Positions 51,396 through 62,202 of a DNA stretch of 64,000 nt are shown one piece after another. Below the pieces are notes generated by a model that saw nothing but the letters and a program-made list of their open reading frames with translations, searched no databases and was not told the DNA's origin. Positions within the stretch are counted from its first letter, which is position 1, and every line of letters starts with the position of its first letter. The position numbers and the translations under genes are program-made. The DNA is from an uncultured bacterium (GTDB taxonomy: Bacteria; Acidobacteriota; HRBIN11; JAKEFK01), in assembly GCA_963777505.1 (NCBI GenBank), contig CAVZQN010000001.1, forward strand, positions 675,792 to 739,791. Reading direction: 5' to 3'.

Positions 51396-52571
51396 TTAAG
51401 CGGCAGTGGCGGGACCTGGTGTATGCGAAATTGCGTCAACGTAAGGTTTTGATACCTGCAGGCTATTGACTGCCCAAACGGTAACCACGCACAACAGCAT
51501 CAAGATCCAGGAGAGGCCATATCCTATCAAGCCCGGCACATAATAATCCGCTGCCACAACAAAAATATTTGCAAGAGCAAGTGGCAGCAAGAATTTCCAC
51601 GCAAATGCCATTACCTGATCGATTCGGAATCGAGGAAAAGTCCCACGGAACCATATTAAAACAACAAAAAGTGAAAGCGATTTGATCATAAACCACAGCC
51701 AAGGTGGAAGCAAAGGACCTTGCCATCCGCCCAAAAACAGAGTGGTCGTCATTGCAGCAATGGCAAAACCGCTTAAGAATTCAGCCATCTGAAAAAGCGC
51801 AAACTTCATTCCGCTATATTCTGTGTGATAACCCGCAACTAACTCAGATTCACCTTCAGGAGTATCAAATGGTGTACGGTTAATTTCAGCAACACCGGTG
51901 ATAAAGAAAATAATAAAACCGAGAAACCCCCAGGAATGAAAAATATTCCAATGCATTCCTAAAAATCCGCCTTGCTTTTCAACGATGTCTACTGTTGACA
52001 TTGAGCCTGTCCACATGACAATGGCAATCACAGACAAACCTAAAGGAACTTCGTAAGAAATTGCTTGAGCAGCCGCTCGCATTCCACCAAGCAAAGAATA
52101 TTTACTTCGACTCCCCCAGCCGCCCATCACGACGGCTATAGTTTCAAGAGCCGCGATAGAAATGAAAAACAAAACTCCGATATTCAAATCGACTGCAACC
52201 ATCCCTGCGCCAAAAGGCAGTACGGCAAACATCATCAGCGAAGGAACCACAACCATGATCGGTGCAATCCGATGTAATACTTTATCTGCGACTGCAGGAG
52301 TAATGTCCTCTTTGCAAAACATTTTGATTCCGTCTGCGATGGGTTGCAGCAATCCGAAAGGGCCAACTCGATTCGGCCCCCAGCGGTCCTGCAAACGTGC
52401 AATCACTTTACGTTCCAGCAATGTCAGATACATCATCAATACAGGTGCGAAAAGCAGGATCGCAGCCATATTAATGACCATCGTAAGCAAATCGATCCAG
52501 GATCCTTCAAGAATCTTTGAAGCAAATTGAAGGATTGTTGACTGCAATGTTAGAAATATTTTATCCAGCAT
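51396..52571 (-). CDS. nuoH: NADH-quinone oxidoreductase subunit H
   Basis: ERKVIARLQDRWGPNRVGP, ISYE, RTPFDTPEGESELVAGYHTEYSG; TAATG overlap with nuoA. Confidence 0.96.
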   Translation of the reverse strand: MLDKIFLTLQSTILQFASKILEGSWIDLLTMVINMAAILLFAPVLMMYLTLLERKVIARLQDRWGPNRVGPFGLLQPIADGIKMFCKEDITPAVADKVLHRIAPIMVVVPSLMMFAVLPFGAGMVAVDLNIGVLFFISIAALETIAVVMGGWGSRSKYSLLGGMRAAAQAISYEVPLGLSVIAIVMWTGSMSTVDIVEKQGGFLGMHWNIFHSWGFLGFIIFFITGVAEINRTPFDTPEGESELVAGYHTEYSGMKFALFQMAEFLSGFAIAAMTTTLFLGGWQGPLLPPWLWFMIKSLSLFVVLIWFRGTFPRFRIDQVMAFAWKFLLPLALANIFVVAADYYVPGLIGYGLSWILMLLCVVTVWAVNSLQVSKPYVDAISHTPGPATAA

Positions 52572-52936
52572 TACGTCCACTCCAGATCGCGCTTCTTCCA
52601 AACGTAAACAAGACCGAGGAACAAAATACCAAGAAAGATCGCCATTTCAACAAAAGCAATTGGGCCAAGTTTTTGAAAAACAACAGCCCAGGGGAAAATC
52701 AAAATTACTTCAACATCAAAGACAATGAAAATAAGAGCGTAAAGATAATACTGAATTTTGAATTGAATCCAGGCATCACCCACTTTCTCCATACCGCATT
52801 CATATGGATCTAACTTACCAGGGGATGGTTTCTTCGGCCGTACAATTCGAGCAACAATGATCGGCATCGATGCAAAAACTGCAACAAGCAGAAAGAAGAG
52901 TCCGAGAAAAGTGTAATCCCATTGATAACCGCTCAT
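52571..52936 (-). CDS. nuoA: NADH-quinone oxidoreductase subunit A
   Basis: PYECG, YYLYALIFIVFDVE, PWAV. Confidence 0.96.
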   Translation of the reverse strand: MSGYQWDYTFLGLFFLLVAVFASMPIIVARIVRPKKPSPGKLDPYECGMEKVGDAWIQFKIQYYLYALIFIVFDVEVILIFPWAVVFQKLGPIAFVEMAIFLGILFLGLVYVWKKRDLEWT

Positions 52937-53328
52937 GATTGTTTGCCTAAAGCTACCTTAACAGCTTGAAGATATGGACCCGCTGCCTCATAATTTTCTT
53001 GCGCTGTTCCCAAAAGTTTTTGAGCGCGGATCAAGTTATCCACATGCGACTGTTCTAATTTTCCATTCTTAACAAAATACTCTTCCAGTACTATAACAAG
53101 ACAGCGGAACCCTGCAACTTTGTATCCAATTGAATGCAATAAAGCCATAGTTGCACAGTACATGGCTTGGTAAGATTTGTTCAGCATTTCAATATCTTTT
53201 TGGTCCGGTGCTTCTTTCAAAATTTTTTCAGCGTTTTCAAGATCTTTCGGAATCAATGCAACCGCAGTTTTGTCGTACCACAAATATGGACTCTCCAAGC
53301 AGTAACAGAGGTCTTCACTGCGCATCAT
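52933..53328 (-). CDS. HEPN-like (UPF0332-type) protein, degenerate
   Basis: SYQAMYCATMALLHSIG..EYFVKNGKL resembles the HEPN helix signature; ATGA overlaps at both ends. Confidence 0.6.
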   Translation of the reverse strand: MMRSEDLCYCLESPYLWYDKTAVALIPKDLENAEKILKEAPDQKDIEMLNKSYQAMYCATMALLHSIGYKVAGFRCLVIVLEEYFVKNGKLEQSHVDNLIRAQKLLGTAQENYEAAGPYLQAVKVALGKQS

Positions 53329-54359
53329 GATGACGGCTCCTCTTTCTTTTCTGGTGCTTGTTTTTCAGGCGCAGCAGCGGCAGGCTTGGCCTCGTCTGCT
53401 GTTGCAGGTTTCGGAGGAACTGGTGCTGCAGGTGTCGTTGCTGTTGGGGCAGGTGCTTTTGGCGCTTCAGGCGCGGCAGCAGGTGCAGCAGCTTTGCTGC
53501 GGGAGCAGTCCTGCGGCCTCAGCAGCTTTTGCTGCGGGAGCAGTCCCTGCGGCCTCAGCAGGCTTTTGCTGCGGGAGCAGTCCCTGCGGCCTCAGCAGCT
53601 TTTGCTGCGGGAGCAGTCCCTGCGGCCTCAGCAGCTTTTGCTGCGGGAGCAGTCCCTGCGGCCTCAGCAGCTTTTGCTGCGGGAGCAGTCCCTGCGGCCT
53701 CAGCAGCTTTTGCTTCAGCTGCGGCTTTTGCTGCATCTTCAGCCTTCTTTTTTAGCGGCAGCCGCTGCAGCAACTTCCTTCGCTTTCTTTTTCTTTTCTT
53801 CTTCCTCTTTTACTGCTAGTTCTTTAGCCCATGCACGGGGATGGGTCTTTGCATAATATTCCGTTGAAACAAGCAGATCCTGCAGATCGTACACATGCGA
53901 ATCGCGCCGCTCATAATTGCTTAATTCAAATTGATGATCCATTTTGATTGCATCAAATGGACAGAACTCGGAGCAAAATCCGCAGTTCATGCAAACATCC
54001 ATATCAATGAAGAACTCGGTTACCTTTGGCTTCGGCTTACCATCTGGCCCGCGTGTTTGAACCATCCATATACATTGAGGCGGGCAAACTTTAGCGCAAA
54101 TTCCGCAGGAAGTGCATCGCACGTCACCATTCGATTCTTCGTAAATTAATACAGGCAAAACACGAAATCGTTCAGGAATTTTCAGTTTTTCTTCAGGATA
54201 TTGAACTGTGAAGGATCCAATGTCTTCCGGTTTGTTCCGAAAGACTTTCTGGCGATCCTTTGCTCCGAACCAAAATCGAAAATCTTCGACATAGGTTTTA
54301 AATAAATGGCTGGCCGTGATTGCCATTCCACCGAGGATGTTTAAGCCGTACAATTTCAT
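53325..54359 (-). CDS. nuoI: NADH-quinone oxidoreductase subunit I with Ala/Lys/Pro-rich tail (several apparent indels)
   Basis: TVQYPEE, CTSCGICAKVCP, CMNCGFCSEFCPFDAI; tail continues across frames to TGA at 53325. Confidence 0.9.
53486..53714. repeat. 36-bp tandem repeat, ~6 copies (AKAAEAAGTAPA)
   Basis: GCTGCGGGAGCAGTCCCTGCGGCCTCAGCAGCTTTT head-to-tail with no spacers. Confidence 0.95.
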
Positions 54360-54429
54360 TTGTTCTTTTAACGCCGAGTACGCCGAGTTCTTTTCTTATT
54401 TTTTATTTTTTATTTTTGATTTTTTATTT

Positions 54430-56299
54430 TTAACGATCCACTTCACCCAAAACGATATCAATGCTTCCTAGAATTGCCATTACATCAGCCACAAGGTGGC
54501 CGCGGCACATATGTTCTAAAGGTGTAAGGTTCACGAAACTTGTTGCGCGAACATGATACCGGTATGGATGTGCTTCACCATCACTGACTACGTAATATCC
54601 AAGTTCGCCTTTCGGATTTTCAACACGCCCATAAGCTTCACCGGCAGGAACACGAATTTGCCAACCTTTTTTGCCCTGGAAAATATCGCCTTCGGGAAGT
54701 TGTTCAAGCGCTTGTTTCAAAATCTTTACCGATTCCCGCATTTCATCGATACGAACCATATAACGATCATAAATATCACCGTTTGGATACGTTACGATGT
54801 TGAAATCAAACCTGTCATAAATTGAATAAGGATCTGCTTTCCTGACATCGTACGGAACGCCGCCGGCGCGAAGAACAGGACCTGATGCGCTGAAAGCAAT
54901 TGCATCAGCTCCCTTTAAGACTCCGACTCCTCTGCAGCGATTTAAAAGAATTTCGTTGTTCGTTAAATAGCTATCGATTTCATCGATTGCACGAGGCATG
55001 CGTTCGTATACAAGTTTTCTTGCAAGCGGAAGAAATTCTTCCGGCAGATCTTCGGCAACTCCACCAAATCGGAAGTAGTTGCACATCATCCGTGAACCGG
55101 ATGCCATTTCAAATAAATCCAAAATTAATTCCCGTTCCTCAATCGCGTAGAGTGCTGGTGTAAAGAATGCACCTAAATCATTTAACAAAAATCCAGCAGC
55201 CCAAAAATGATTCAGTACTCGCGTTAATTCCGCCATGATCACGCGAATATATTCGGCGCGTTCCGGCGGTTTGATGCCCATCAGTTTTTCGACAGCTAAC
55301 GAATAACCGAAATTATTTCCCATTGAACAGATGTAATCGAGCCGGTCGGTAAACGGCATGTTCATCAAATACGTATTCCGTTCACCGATTTTTTCGTGGT
55401 TCCTGTGCATATAACCCATGACTGGATCGAGCGCTTTAATCCGCTCGCCCTGTATCAGGAGTTTCATTCGGAACACACCATGGGTGCTTGGATGCTGTGG
55501 ACCAACATTTATAAGAAGAAGATCAGGCTCAAGTTGTTCAGTTGATACTGCGCTTGCAGGGACTCCGATATCATCACCCGATGGTGTCCAGTCATCGGGA
55601 TTCCATCCTTTCGGATACATGACATTGCGATGGAATGGAACACGTTCTTCTGCACGTTTGTGATACCCTTCGCGCCATCGAGTCGAAAAAATTTTCCCAG
55701 GTTCTTCGTAATATGGCTCAAGCCAGTCTTTACGAAGCGGAAATCCTTCAAAATCGTCCCATAACAAAATCCGTTTTAAGTTCGGATGTCCTTCGAAGTT
55801 GATCCCCATCATGTCAAAGACTTCTCGCTCCTGGAAATTTGCTCCAGGGTAGAGCGGCGTTAGGGATGGCACCTTCGGATTTTCTTTATCAGCACGGATC
55901 TTGACACCTAATACTGGTCCGCCTTTTTTCGTGGAAACAAGATGGTAAACAACCTCATAGCTATCTTCGTAATCGACGGAAGTGAGATTCGTGAGGTAAT
56001 CATATGAAAGCGTATCTCGTAAATGCTTGAATACATCCAGTGCATGCTTCGTATCTATTACGAGATTTTCTTTTTGAGCCTGAACAGCGTTCTCTAATCT
56101 CAAACTCTCATTTAAAGAACGCGCAAGATCTTGAGCGGATGTCGGAGTTTCTTTTACTTCAGTATCGATTGGAAATGCGGCGATCCGTTTCGGCATTTCC
56201 TTTATTTCACGCTGATACTTTTCCGGATTCTTGCAGGCATCACGAATTTCATCAAGCTGACGCGGGTCAACGAGATCAGGACCAAGAAGCGGAACAGCG
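54430..56299 (-). CDS. nuoCD: NADH-quinone oxidoreductase subunits C/D, probably fused to NuoB
   Basis: [45 protein letters not shown]. Confidence 0.95.
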
Positions 56300-56854
56300 C
56301 ATCGCGGCAGGAGCCTCTTTGTCATACCATCGAACTTTGCTGATTGATTCACCATCAATCTTTTTTTGCAGCGTAATTAAGCCATCTAATAAAGCTTGAG
56401 GAGTAGGAGGACAACCTGGAATGTAAACATCAACAGGCAGAAATTCATCGATACCACTGACAACGTTGTAACCTTCTTTAAATGGTCCACCGCCTGTAGC
56501 GCAAGCTCCCATTGAAATTACATATTTCGGTTCAGGCATTTGGTTATACAAACGCACGATCATTGGAACCATACGTTTTACAACTGTGCCGGAAACAATC
56601 ATCAGATCAGCCTGGCGCGGAGATGCGCGAAAAAGTTCGGCACCAAATCGAGCAATATCAAAACGGGATGCTGCAGTGGCAATCATTTCGATCGCACAAC
56701 AAGCCAAACCGAATTGAAGCGGCCATATAGAAGAGCGACGTCCCCAGTTCACAACTTTGTCCAGAATACCAACCAGACCAGGCCAGGTTGTGACTGCTAT
56801 ATGACGACGGACTTCTTGTTCAAGAACCTGTTCTTCGGATAATTGTTCGGCCAT
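56276..56854 (-). CDS. nuoB: NADH-quinone oxidoreductase subunit B
   Basis: [32 protein letters not shown]. Confidence 0.96.
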   Translation of the reverse strand: MAEQLSEEQVLEQEVRRHIAVTTWPGLVGILDKVVNWGRRSSIWPLQFGLACCAIEMIATAASRFDIARFGAELFRASPRQADLMIVSGTVVKRMVPMIVRLYNQMPEPKYVISMGACATGGGPFKEGYNVVSGIDEFLPVDVYIPGCPPTPQALLDGLITLQKKIDGESISKVRWYDKEAPAAMRCSASWS

Positions 56855-56919
56855 AGGTGAAGAGAAGGAATTATAACAAGGAAATTACCATTTGTAACTC
56901 ACCGCAGAGTCACAAAGCA

Positions 56920-56953
56920 AAATAAAAAGGCGCGGATTTTTGCCGCGCCTTTG
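56920..56953 (-). terminator. Intrinsic terminator
   Basis: AAAGGCGCGG...CCGCGCCTTT stem with T-tract on the minus strand. Confidence 0.8.
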
Positions 56954-57006
56954 TCAGGTCTTTTGATAGTGGAAATTTTGATGGTAATTTTTTTATATTT
57001 TTTTTA

Positions 57007-57273
57007 TTACTTGGAACCGCCTCCAATTACTTTCGCATTGAACTGAACTCCAGTCGTGTCAACTAGCGATTCAAACTTGGCAGACATTGATGTAACAGTT
57101 TTCTTTGGCGGTAGCACCCCGCGTGCTATAAATTCGTCCTTTTCCCATTCGAGCCACACGGAGTTGCAAAAATCGAGAAAACACTGTCGATCCCCAAAAA
57201 CCATCCCGTCTCTCCTGAGCATGGTCCCATGCTTTTTCCCACAGATGTCGCAGACCTCAATGACAATTTGCAT
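57007..57273 (-). CDS. Small Cys-containing hypothetical protein
   Basis: AGGAGG RBS, CDIC and C..FC, own terminator. Confidence 0.75.
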   Translation of the reverse strand: MQIVIEVCDICGKKHGTMLRRDGMVFGDRQCFLDFCNSVWLEWEKDEFIARGVLPPKKTVTSMSAKFESLVDTTGVQFNAKVIGGGSK

Positions 57274-57549
57274 TGGACCCTCCTACGTGCAATCCAATGG
57301 ATGTTTCTTACAACATCCTACTCATTTAATTTAGGTACATCTTGGCAGCAAGCAAATTCTTTTCCAAGATTGTGGTGAGTAACTCAATTCTATTACTTTT
57401 CGAGTATTTATACGAGAAAATTAGTGTTTTCGGTTTGTCCTCGAATCGACCTAAACAAAGGACAAACGACTCCTTCCTATATATTTGACATTACCCTCTG
57501 TCCAAAAAGATTCTCGCCTGGAGAGATTGATAAGTTGCTATCAGAATTA

Positions 57550-57579
57550 CTTGACAATGACAGACTAAGATTTTATATT
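57550..57579 (+). promoter_or_regulatory. Sigma70 promoter of dnaK with overlapping HAIR-like sequence
   Basis: TTGACA-N17-TATATT; CTTGACA-ATGACAG-ACTAAG loosely resembles CTTGAGT-N7-ACTCAAG. Confidence 0.7.
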
Positions 57580-57631
57580 TTGAATTGAAATTTTACTGAC
57601 GCTATAGTCGCGAAAAAGGAGGCGTACTGCA

Positions 57632-59545
57632 ATGAGTAAGATAATCGGAATCGATTTGGGAACAACTAACTCCGTCGTTGCTGTTATGGAGGGGGATCAG
57701 CCCGTCGTAATTCCTAATCCCGAAGGTGGGCGGACGACCCCGTCCGTCGTCGCATTTACAAAGAATGGGGACCGTTTAGTTGGCCAGGTTGCCAAAAGGC
57801 AAGCCATCACGAATCCCGAAAATACAGTGTATTCAATTAAACGTTTTATGGGACGTCGTTTCCGGGAAGTTCCTGATGAAATTAAGATGGTCCCTTATAA
57901 GGTAGTTGAATCTTCTGGTGGCGATGCAAAGATTGAAATTCTTGGAAAAGAGATTCCACCTCCCGAAATTTCGGCACAAATCCTCAGATATCTGAAAGAA
58001 GCAGCCGAAGCGTATCTTGGTCAAAAGGTCACCAAAGCAGTTATCACGGTTCCTGCTTACTTCAATGACAGTCAACGCCAGGCCACAAAAGATGCAGGAG
58101 CAGTCGCTGGCTTAGAAGTCATGCGAATTGTGAATGAACCAACCGCGGCTGCGCTTGCCTATGGAATGGATAAAAAGAAAGATCAAACAATTGCTGTTTT
58201 CGATTTTGGTGGTGGAACATTTGATATTTCCATTCTTGAAGTTGGTGAAGGCGTAGTCGAAGTTAAATCCACAAATGGCGATACGCATCTTGGTGGAGAC
58301 AACATTGATCAACGTGTAATCGACTGGATTATTGATGAATATAAAAAGGATCAAGGAATTGATCTGAGCAAAGACCGGATGGCATTGCAGAGATTAAAAG
58401 AAGCTGCTGAAAAAGCCAAAATGGAACTTTCAACAGTTCTTGAAACGGATATCAATCTTCCTTTTATTACCGCTGATGCTTCAGGACCGAAGCATTTGTT
58501 AATGAAACTCACACGCGCGAAGCTTGAAAGTTTGATGGAAGATGTTTTACAGCGAGCTGTTGGACCCTGCAAACAAGCGATTACTGATGCGGGTCTGAGT
58601 GCTTCTGAAATCGATGAGGTCATTCTTGTTGGAGGTTCGACTCGTATTCCACGAGTTCAGGCGATTGTTAAAGAATTGTTCGCACGCGAACCACATCGCG
58701 GTGTAAATCCCGATGAAGTTGTTGCCGTAGGCGCTGCAGTACAGGCAGGTGTTCTCAGCGGAGAAGTGAAAGACATCCTTTTACTTGATGTAACTCCATT
58801 GTCTCTGGGAATTGAAACTCTGGGTCATGTTACAACCAAATTGATTCCGCGAAACACAACGATTCCAACACGCAAGAGCGAAATTTTCACAACCGCCGCA
58901 GATAGTCAGACAGAAGTTGAAATTCACGTACTTCAGGGCGAACGCGAAATGTCGTACGACAACCGCACATTGGGAAGATTTAATCTTGTAGGAATTCCGG
59001 CTGCGCCGCGTGGTGTGCCACAAGTTGAAGTTACATTCGACATCGATGCGAACGGAATTGTGAACGTTTCTGCAAAAGATTTAGGAACTTCAAAAGAACA
59101 AAAGATTACGATTACCTCTTCAAGCGGTTTAAGCAAAGATGAAGTCGATAAAATGCTTAAAGATGCAGAATCTCATTCCGATGATGATCGCAAGAAAAAA
59201 GAAGAGATCGAAATTCGTAATCGCGCAGATTCAATGATCTACAATACCGAAAAACTTTTGAAAGAAAACAAGGAAAAGCTTCCAGAATCAGAAGTAAAAA
59301 ACATTGAAGCTGCAATTGAAGCATGCAAGAAAGCGGTAGAATCCGGAAATCGCGAGGAGATTCAAACTAAACTTGATGAATTGACTCGCGCTTCTCACAA
59401 GATCGCTGAAGAAATGTACAAAAATGCAGGGGCTCAGCAACAAACGCAGGAACCAGCAGGAGAACAGCCTCCGCCGCCGTCATCTGGTGATAGCTCTGAT
59501 GGCGTCATTGATGCCGAATATGAAGACGTAAATAAAGGCAAATAA
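57632..59545 (+). CDS. dnaK: Chaperone DnaK
   Basis: [33 protein letters not shown]. Confidence 0.99.
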   Translation: MSKIIGIDLGTTNSVVAVMEGDQPVVIPNPEGGRTTPSVVAFTKNGDRLVGQVAKRQAITNPENTVYSIKRFMGRRFREVPDEIKMVPYKVVESSGGDAKIEILGKEIPPPEISAQILRYLKEAAEAYLGQKVTKAVITVPAYFNDSQRQATKDAGAVAGLEVMRIVNEPTAAALAYGMDKKKDQTIAVFDFGGGTFDISILEVGEGVVEVKSTNGDTHLGGDNIDQRVIDWIIDEYKKDQGIDLSKDRMALQRLKEAAEKAKMELSTVLETDINLPFITADASGPKHLLMKLTRAKLESLMEDVLQRAVGPCKQAITDAGLSASEIDEVILVGGSTRIPRVQAIVKELFAREPHRGVNPDEVVAVGAAVQAGVLSGEVKDILLLDVTPLSLGIETLGHVTTKLIPRNTTIPTRKSEIFTTAADSQTEVEIHVLQGEREMSYDNRTLGRFNLVGIPAAPRGVPQVEVTFDIDANGIVNVSAKDLGTSKEQKITITSSSGLSKDEVDKMLKDAESHSDDDRKKKEEIEIRNRADSMIYNTEKLLKENKEKLPESEVKNIEAAIEACKKAVESGNREEIQTKLDELTRASHKIAEEMYKNAGAQQQTQEPAGEQPPPPSSGDSSDGVIDAEYEDVNKGK

Positions 59546-59606
59546 TTTTTGTATGGGGCGGGTCTAAGATCCGCCCTGTTACTTCGCAAAAATTCGGGAG
59601 ACTCTG

Positions 59607-60746
59607 ATGGCAAAAGAAGATCTGTATCAGCTTCTTGGCGTAACCAAAAAAGCAACGCAGGAAGAAATTAAGAAAGCGTATAAGAAGCTGGCCCGTAAAT
59701 ATCATCCCGATTTAAACCCAGGGGACAAAAAAGCGGAAGATCAATTTAAAAAACTTTCGCATGCTTACTCTATTCTTTCGGATTCAAAGAAACGAGCTCA
59801 ATACGATCAATATGGATCAATTTTTGGAGAAGGTCAGCAGCCTCCCGGTCCGGGTGGATCCGTAAATTTTGATTTTAACGGATTCGATTTTAATAATGTC
59901 GGAGGTAGTTCATTCGGTGATATTTTTTCTGATCTTTTCGGATCGATTCGTGGCGGCCGCAAATCTCGCCCTACGTACGAAGAAAGACGGGCTCCCGAAA
60001 AAGGACAGGATCTCATTTATCCAATTAACATCAGTTTCATGGATGCAATTCGCGGAATCACACCTGAAATTCACATCAATCGCAATTTGACCTGTACCGT
60101 TTGTAATGGTCATGGATATTCACCGAGTTCAAAAGCAACAGAATGTCCCGAATGTAAGGGTTCCGGTCAGGTAAATCGCGCTCGCGGATACATGCGTTTT
60201 TCTTCGCTTTGTAACGTTTGCAACGGTGAAGGTGTGTTACATTCACCCTGCAGCGGATGCGCCGGTCGTGGAGTGATTCCAAAAGAAGAAACAATCCGTG
60301 TAAACATTCCAGCGGGTGTTGATAGCGGATCGAAAGTTCGAGTTGCCGGAAAGGGACATGGTGGTTACAATGGCGGTCCGCCAGGTGACATTTACCTAAC
60401 TGTAAATGTCGCGACTCATCCGGTTTTTGTTAGAGAAGGTGACAACATTAAAGTCACTGTGCCTGTGACATTAACAGAAGCTGCATTAGGCGCTCGCATT
60501 GAGGTTCCCACAGTTGAAGGAAGTTCAAATATGAAAATACCACCAGGCACACAAAGCGGACAGGTTTTTCGTTTGCGCGAAAAGGGGGCGACTTCCCTTC
60601 GTGGACGTTCTCGCGGAGATCAATTAGTGGAAGTCAAAGTCATTGTTCCGCCTGTACGCGACGAACGAAGTAAAGAACTTTTAAGAGAGTTGGAGAAACT
60701 AAATCCGTCCAATCCGAGAGAAGAGTTGTTGAGGAATCGAGTATGA
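59607..60746 (+). CDS. dnaJ: Chaperone DnaJ
   Basis: J domain with HPD, G/F region, four CxxCxGxG repeats. Confidence 0.97.
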   Translation: MAKEDLYQLLGVTKKATQEEIKKAYKKLARKYHPDLNPGDKKAEDQFKKLSHAYSILSDSKKRAQYDQYGSIFGEGQQPPGPGGSVNFDFNGFDFNNVGGSSFGDIFSDLFGSIRGGRKSRPTYEERRAPEKGQDLIYPINISFMDAIRGITPEIHINRNLTCTVCNGHGYSPSSKATECPECKGSGQVNRARGYMRFSSLCNVCNGEGVLHSPCSGCAGRGVIPKEETIRVNIPAGVDSGSKVRVAGKGHGGYNGGPPGDIYLTVNVATHPVFVREGDNIKVTVPVTLTEAALGARIEVPTVEGSSNMKIPPGTQSGQVFRLREKGATSLRGRSRGDQLVEVKVIVPPVRDERSKELLRELEKLNPSNPREELLRNRV

Positions 60747-61180
60747 GCAGAAAAAAGGACGAGAAATTTTTTGCAATTGGTGTAGTCGCAAAGATGTATA
60801 ACATCCATCAACAAACGCTGCGACTATACGAAAGAGAAGGATTACTGAAGCCGGCACGTTCTGATGGAAATACACGGCTTTATTCAGAAAAGGATTTAGA
60901 GCGCTTAGAACTGATCTTAAATTTAAGCCGCGATATGGGTGTTAATCTTGCAGGCGTAGAAATCATCTTGAACTTGCGCGAAAAAATGCGTGACATGCAA
61001 TCGCAGATCAATGAGATGGTTCAGTTTCTCAAAGAACAGATTGAAAAGAAGGAACCTACCACCGCTGAGCCAGGTCAAAGAGGATTGGTGAAATCTCCAG
61101 CGGCCAATTTGATCCGCTTTTCACAATTTGTGGCGGAAGAAAAGATCCGGGCAAAAGAAAAGAAAACTCAGCGCGGCTGA
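60743..61180 (+). CDS. hspR: MerR-family heat-shock repressor HspR
   Basis: [36 protein letters not shown]; coupled to dnaJ. Confidence 0.9.
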   Translation: MSRKKDEKFFAIGVVAKMYNIHQQTLRLYEREGLLKPARSDGNTRLYSEKDLERLELILNLSRDMGVNLAGVEIILNLREKMRDMQSQINEMVQFLKEQIEKKEPTTAEPGQRGLVKSPAANLIRFSQFVAEEKIRAKEKKTQRG

Positions 61181-61231
61181 AATCCAATTAGAGTTACGGA
61201 TCGCAGCCGCACTATTTATATTTGCTGCTGT

Positions 61232-61684
61232 CTATTTCGCGGGCGCTGCGGGCATGCTGGTATTCCAGATGTCACGATAAAGTTTCCAGTCGCCATTTAC
61301 TTCTTTCCAAACTACAACATACTTGCCGTGATCTACGGTTTTCCCCGATGGATCAGTAACTGTAAATTTGCCTACTTCGACTCCGAAATCATCTTCAGTT
61401 TCGGTATCCACTATTTCTAAGGTCAAGTTCATTCCAGCATCCATGAACCCTTTCCAAAAAGTTTGAATCGCAGCTCTGCCTTTAATCAAGTCGGAATTAG
61501 GCGGTAAAGCCATTGCATCTTCAGCATACATGGCTGCCAGCTTGGCATCGTCCTTGGCCTTAACCGCTGCTGAAAAATCTTTTGCAGCAGCTTGAACTGC
61601 ATCTTTGAAATCGTCAGCGGTTGCTGTGTTTATAAGAATCGCACATGAAAGTAAAACCAAAAATATAGGAATCGCCTTTTTCAT
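61232..61684 (-). CDS. DUF4440/NTF2-like secreted protein
   Basis: YAEDA..LPP, GRAAI, GKYVVVWK..NGDWKLYRDIWN. Confidence 0.88.
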   Translation of the reverse strand: MKKAIPIFLVLLSCAILINTATADDFKDAVQAAAKDFSAAVKAKDDAKLAAMYAEDAMALPPNSDLIKGRAAIQTFWKGFMDAGMNLTLEIVDTETEDDFGVEVGKFTVTDPSGKTVDHGKYVVVWKEVNGDWKLYRDIWNTSMPAAPAK

Positions 61685-61761
61685 TTATCACACTCCCGGT
61701 TTGTTTGGTCGAAATATACCATGGAATTTATTTACCGCAGAGACGCAGAGTCGGCAGCAGG

Positions 61762-62181
61762 TTATTTCTTGGCGGGTACGAGTTCCAGTTTAACTTTTAC
61801 CTTCTTGTTGCTTATGGTTGAAAAGAAATTTTCAAATACAAAATAATATGTTTCTTCAGGCAAGGCATCGACTGTAAAGCTGGCTTCCTTTTTCTTGTTT
61901 ATCCTCAAGGCATATTCACAATCATATTTGCTATACCACCGCACATAATTCTGTTGAGTGAGTACATACAGATTAATGTCATCGTTATATCCGCCTGAAG
62001 TACGAAAACTACCTTTAAACTGCATTTTCTGGTTTTCGTGGACGAGAAAATGGAATTTTGTAATATCATTTCTCAACACTGCGATTTCTTTGTCGATTAA
62101 GACTCTGCCCTTCGGTTCCGTACTAACTAACGGAACACATATAAGGAACGTCAATAAAGCGATCCAAATTTTTCTAATCAT
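61762..62181 (-). CDS. Secreted beta-sandwich hypothetical protein
   Basis: Signal peptide; DDINLYV, YYFVFENFFS..SNKKV. Confidence 0.7.
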   Translation of the reverse strand: MIRKIWIALLTFLICVPLVSTEPKGRVLIDKEIAVLRNDITKFHFLVHENQKMQFKGSFRTSGGYNDDINLYVLTQQNYVRWYSKYDCEYALRINKKKEASFTVDALPEETYYFVFENFFSTISNKKVKVKLELVPAKK

Positions 62182-62202
62182 TCTGTAGTTGGTGAGTTGC
62201 GA

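Noticed and set aside
53486-53714. 36-bp repeats as a CRISPR array
   Set aside because: Head-to-tail with no unique spacers, in frame within the nuoI tail, and no cas genes in the window
54430-56854. Group 4 NiFe hydrogenase
   Set aside because: The large subunit lacks both CxxC nickel-binding motifs, and the small subunit has the tandem CC of NuoB
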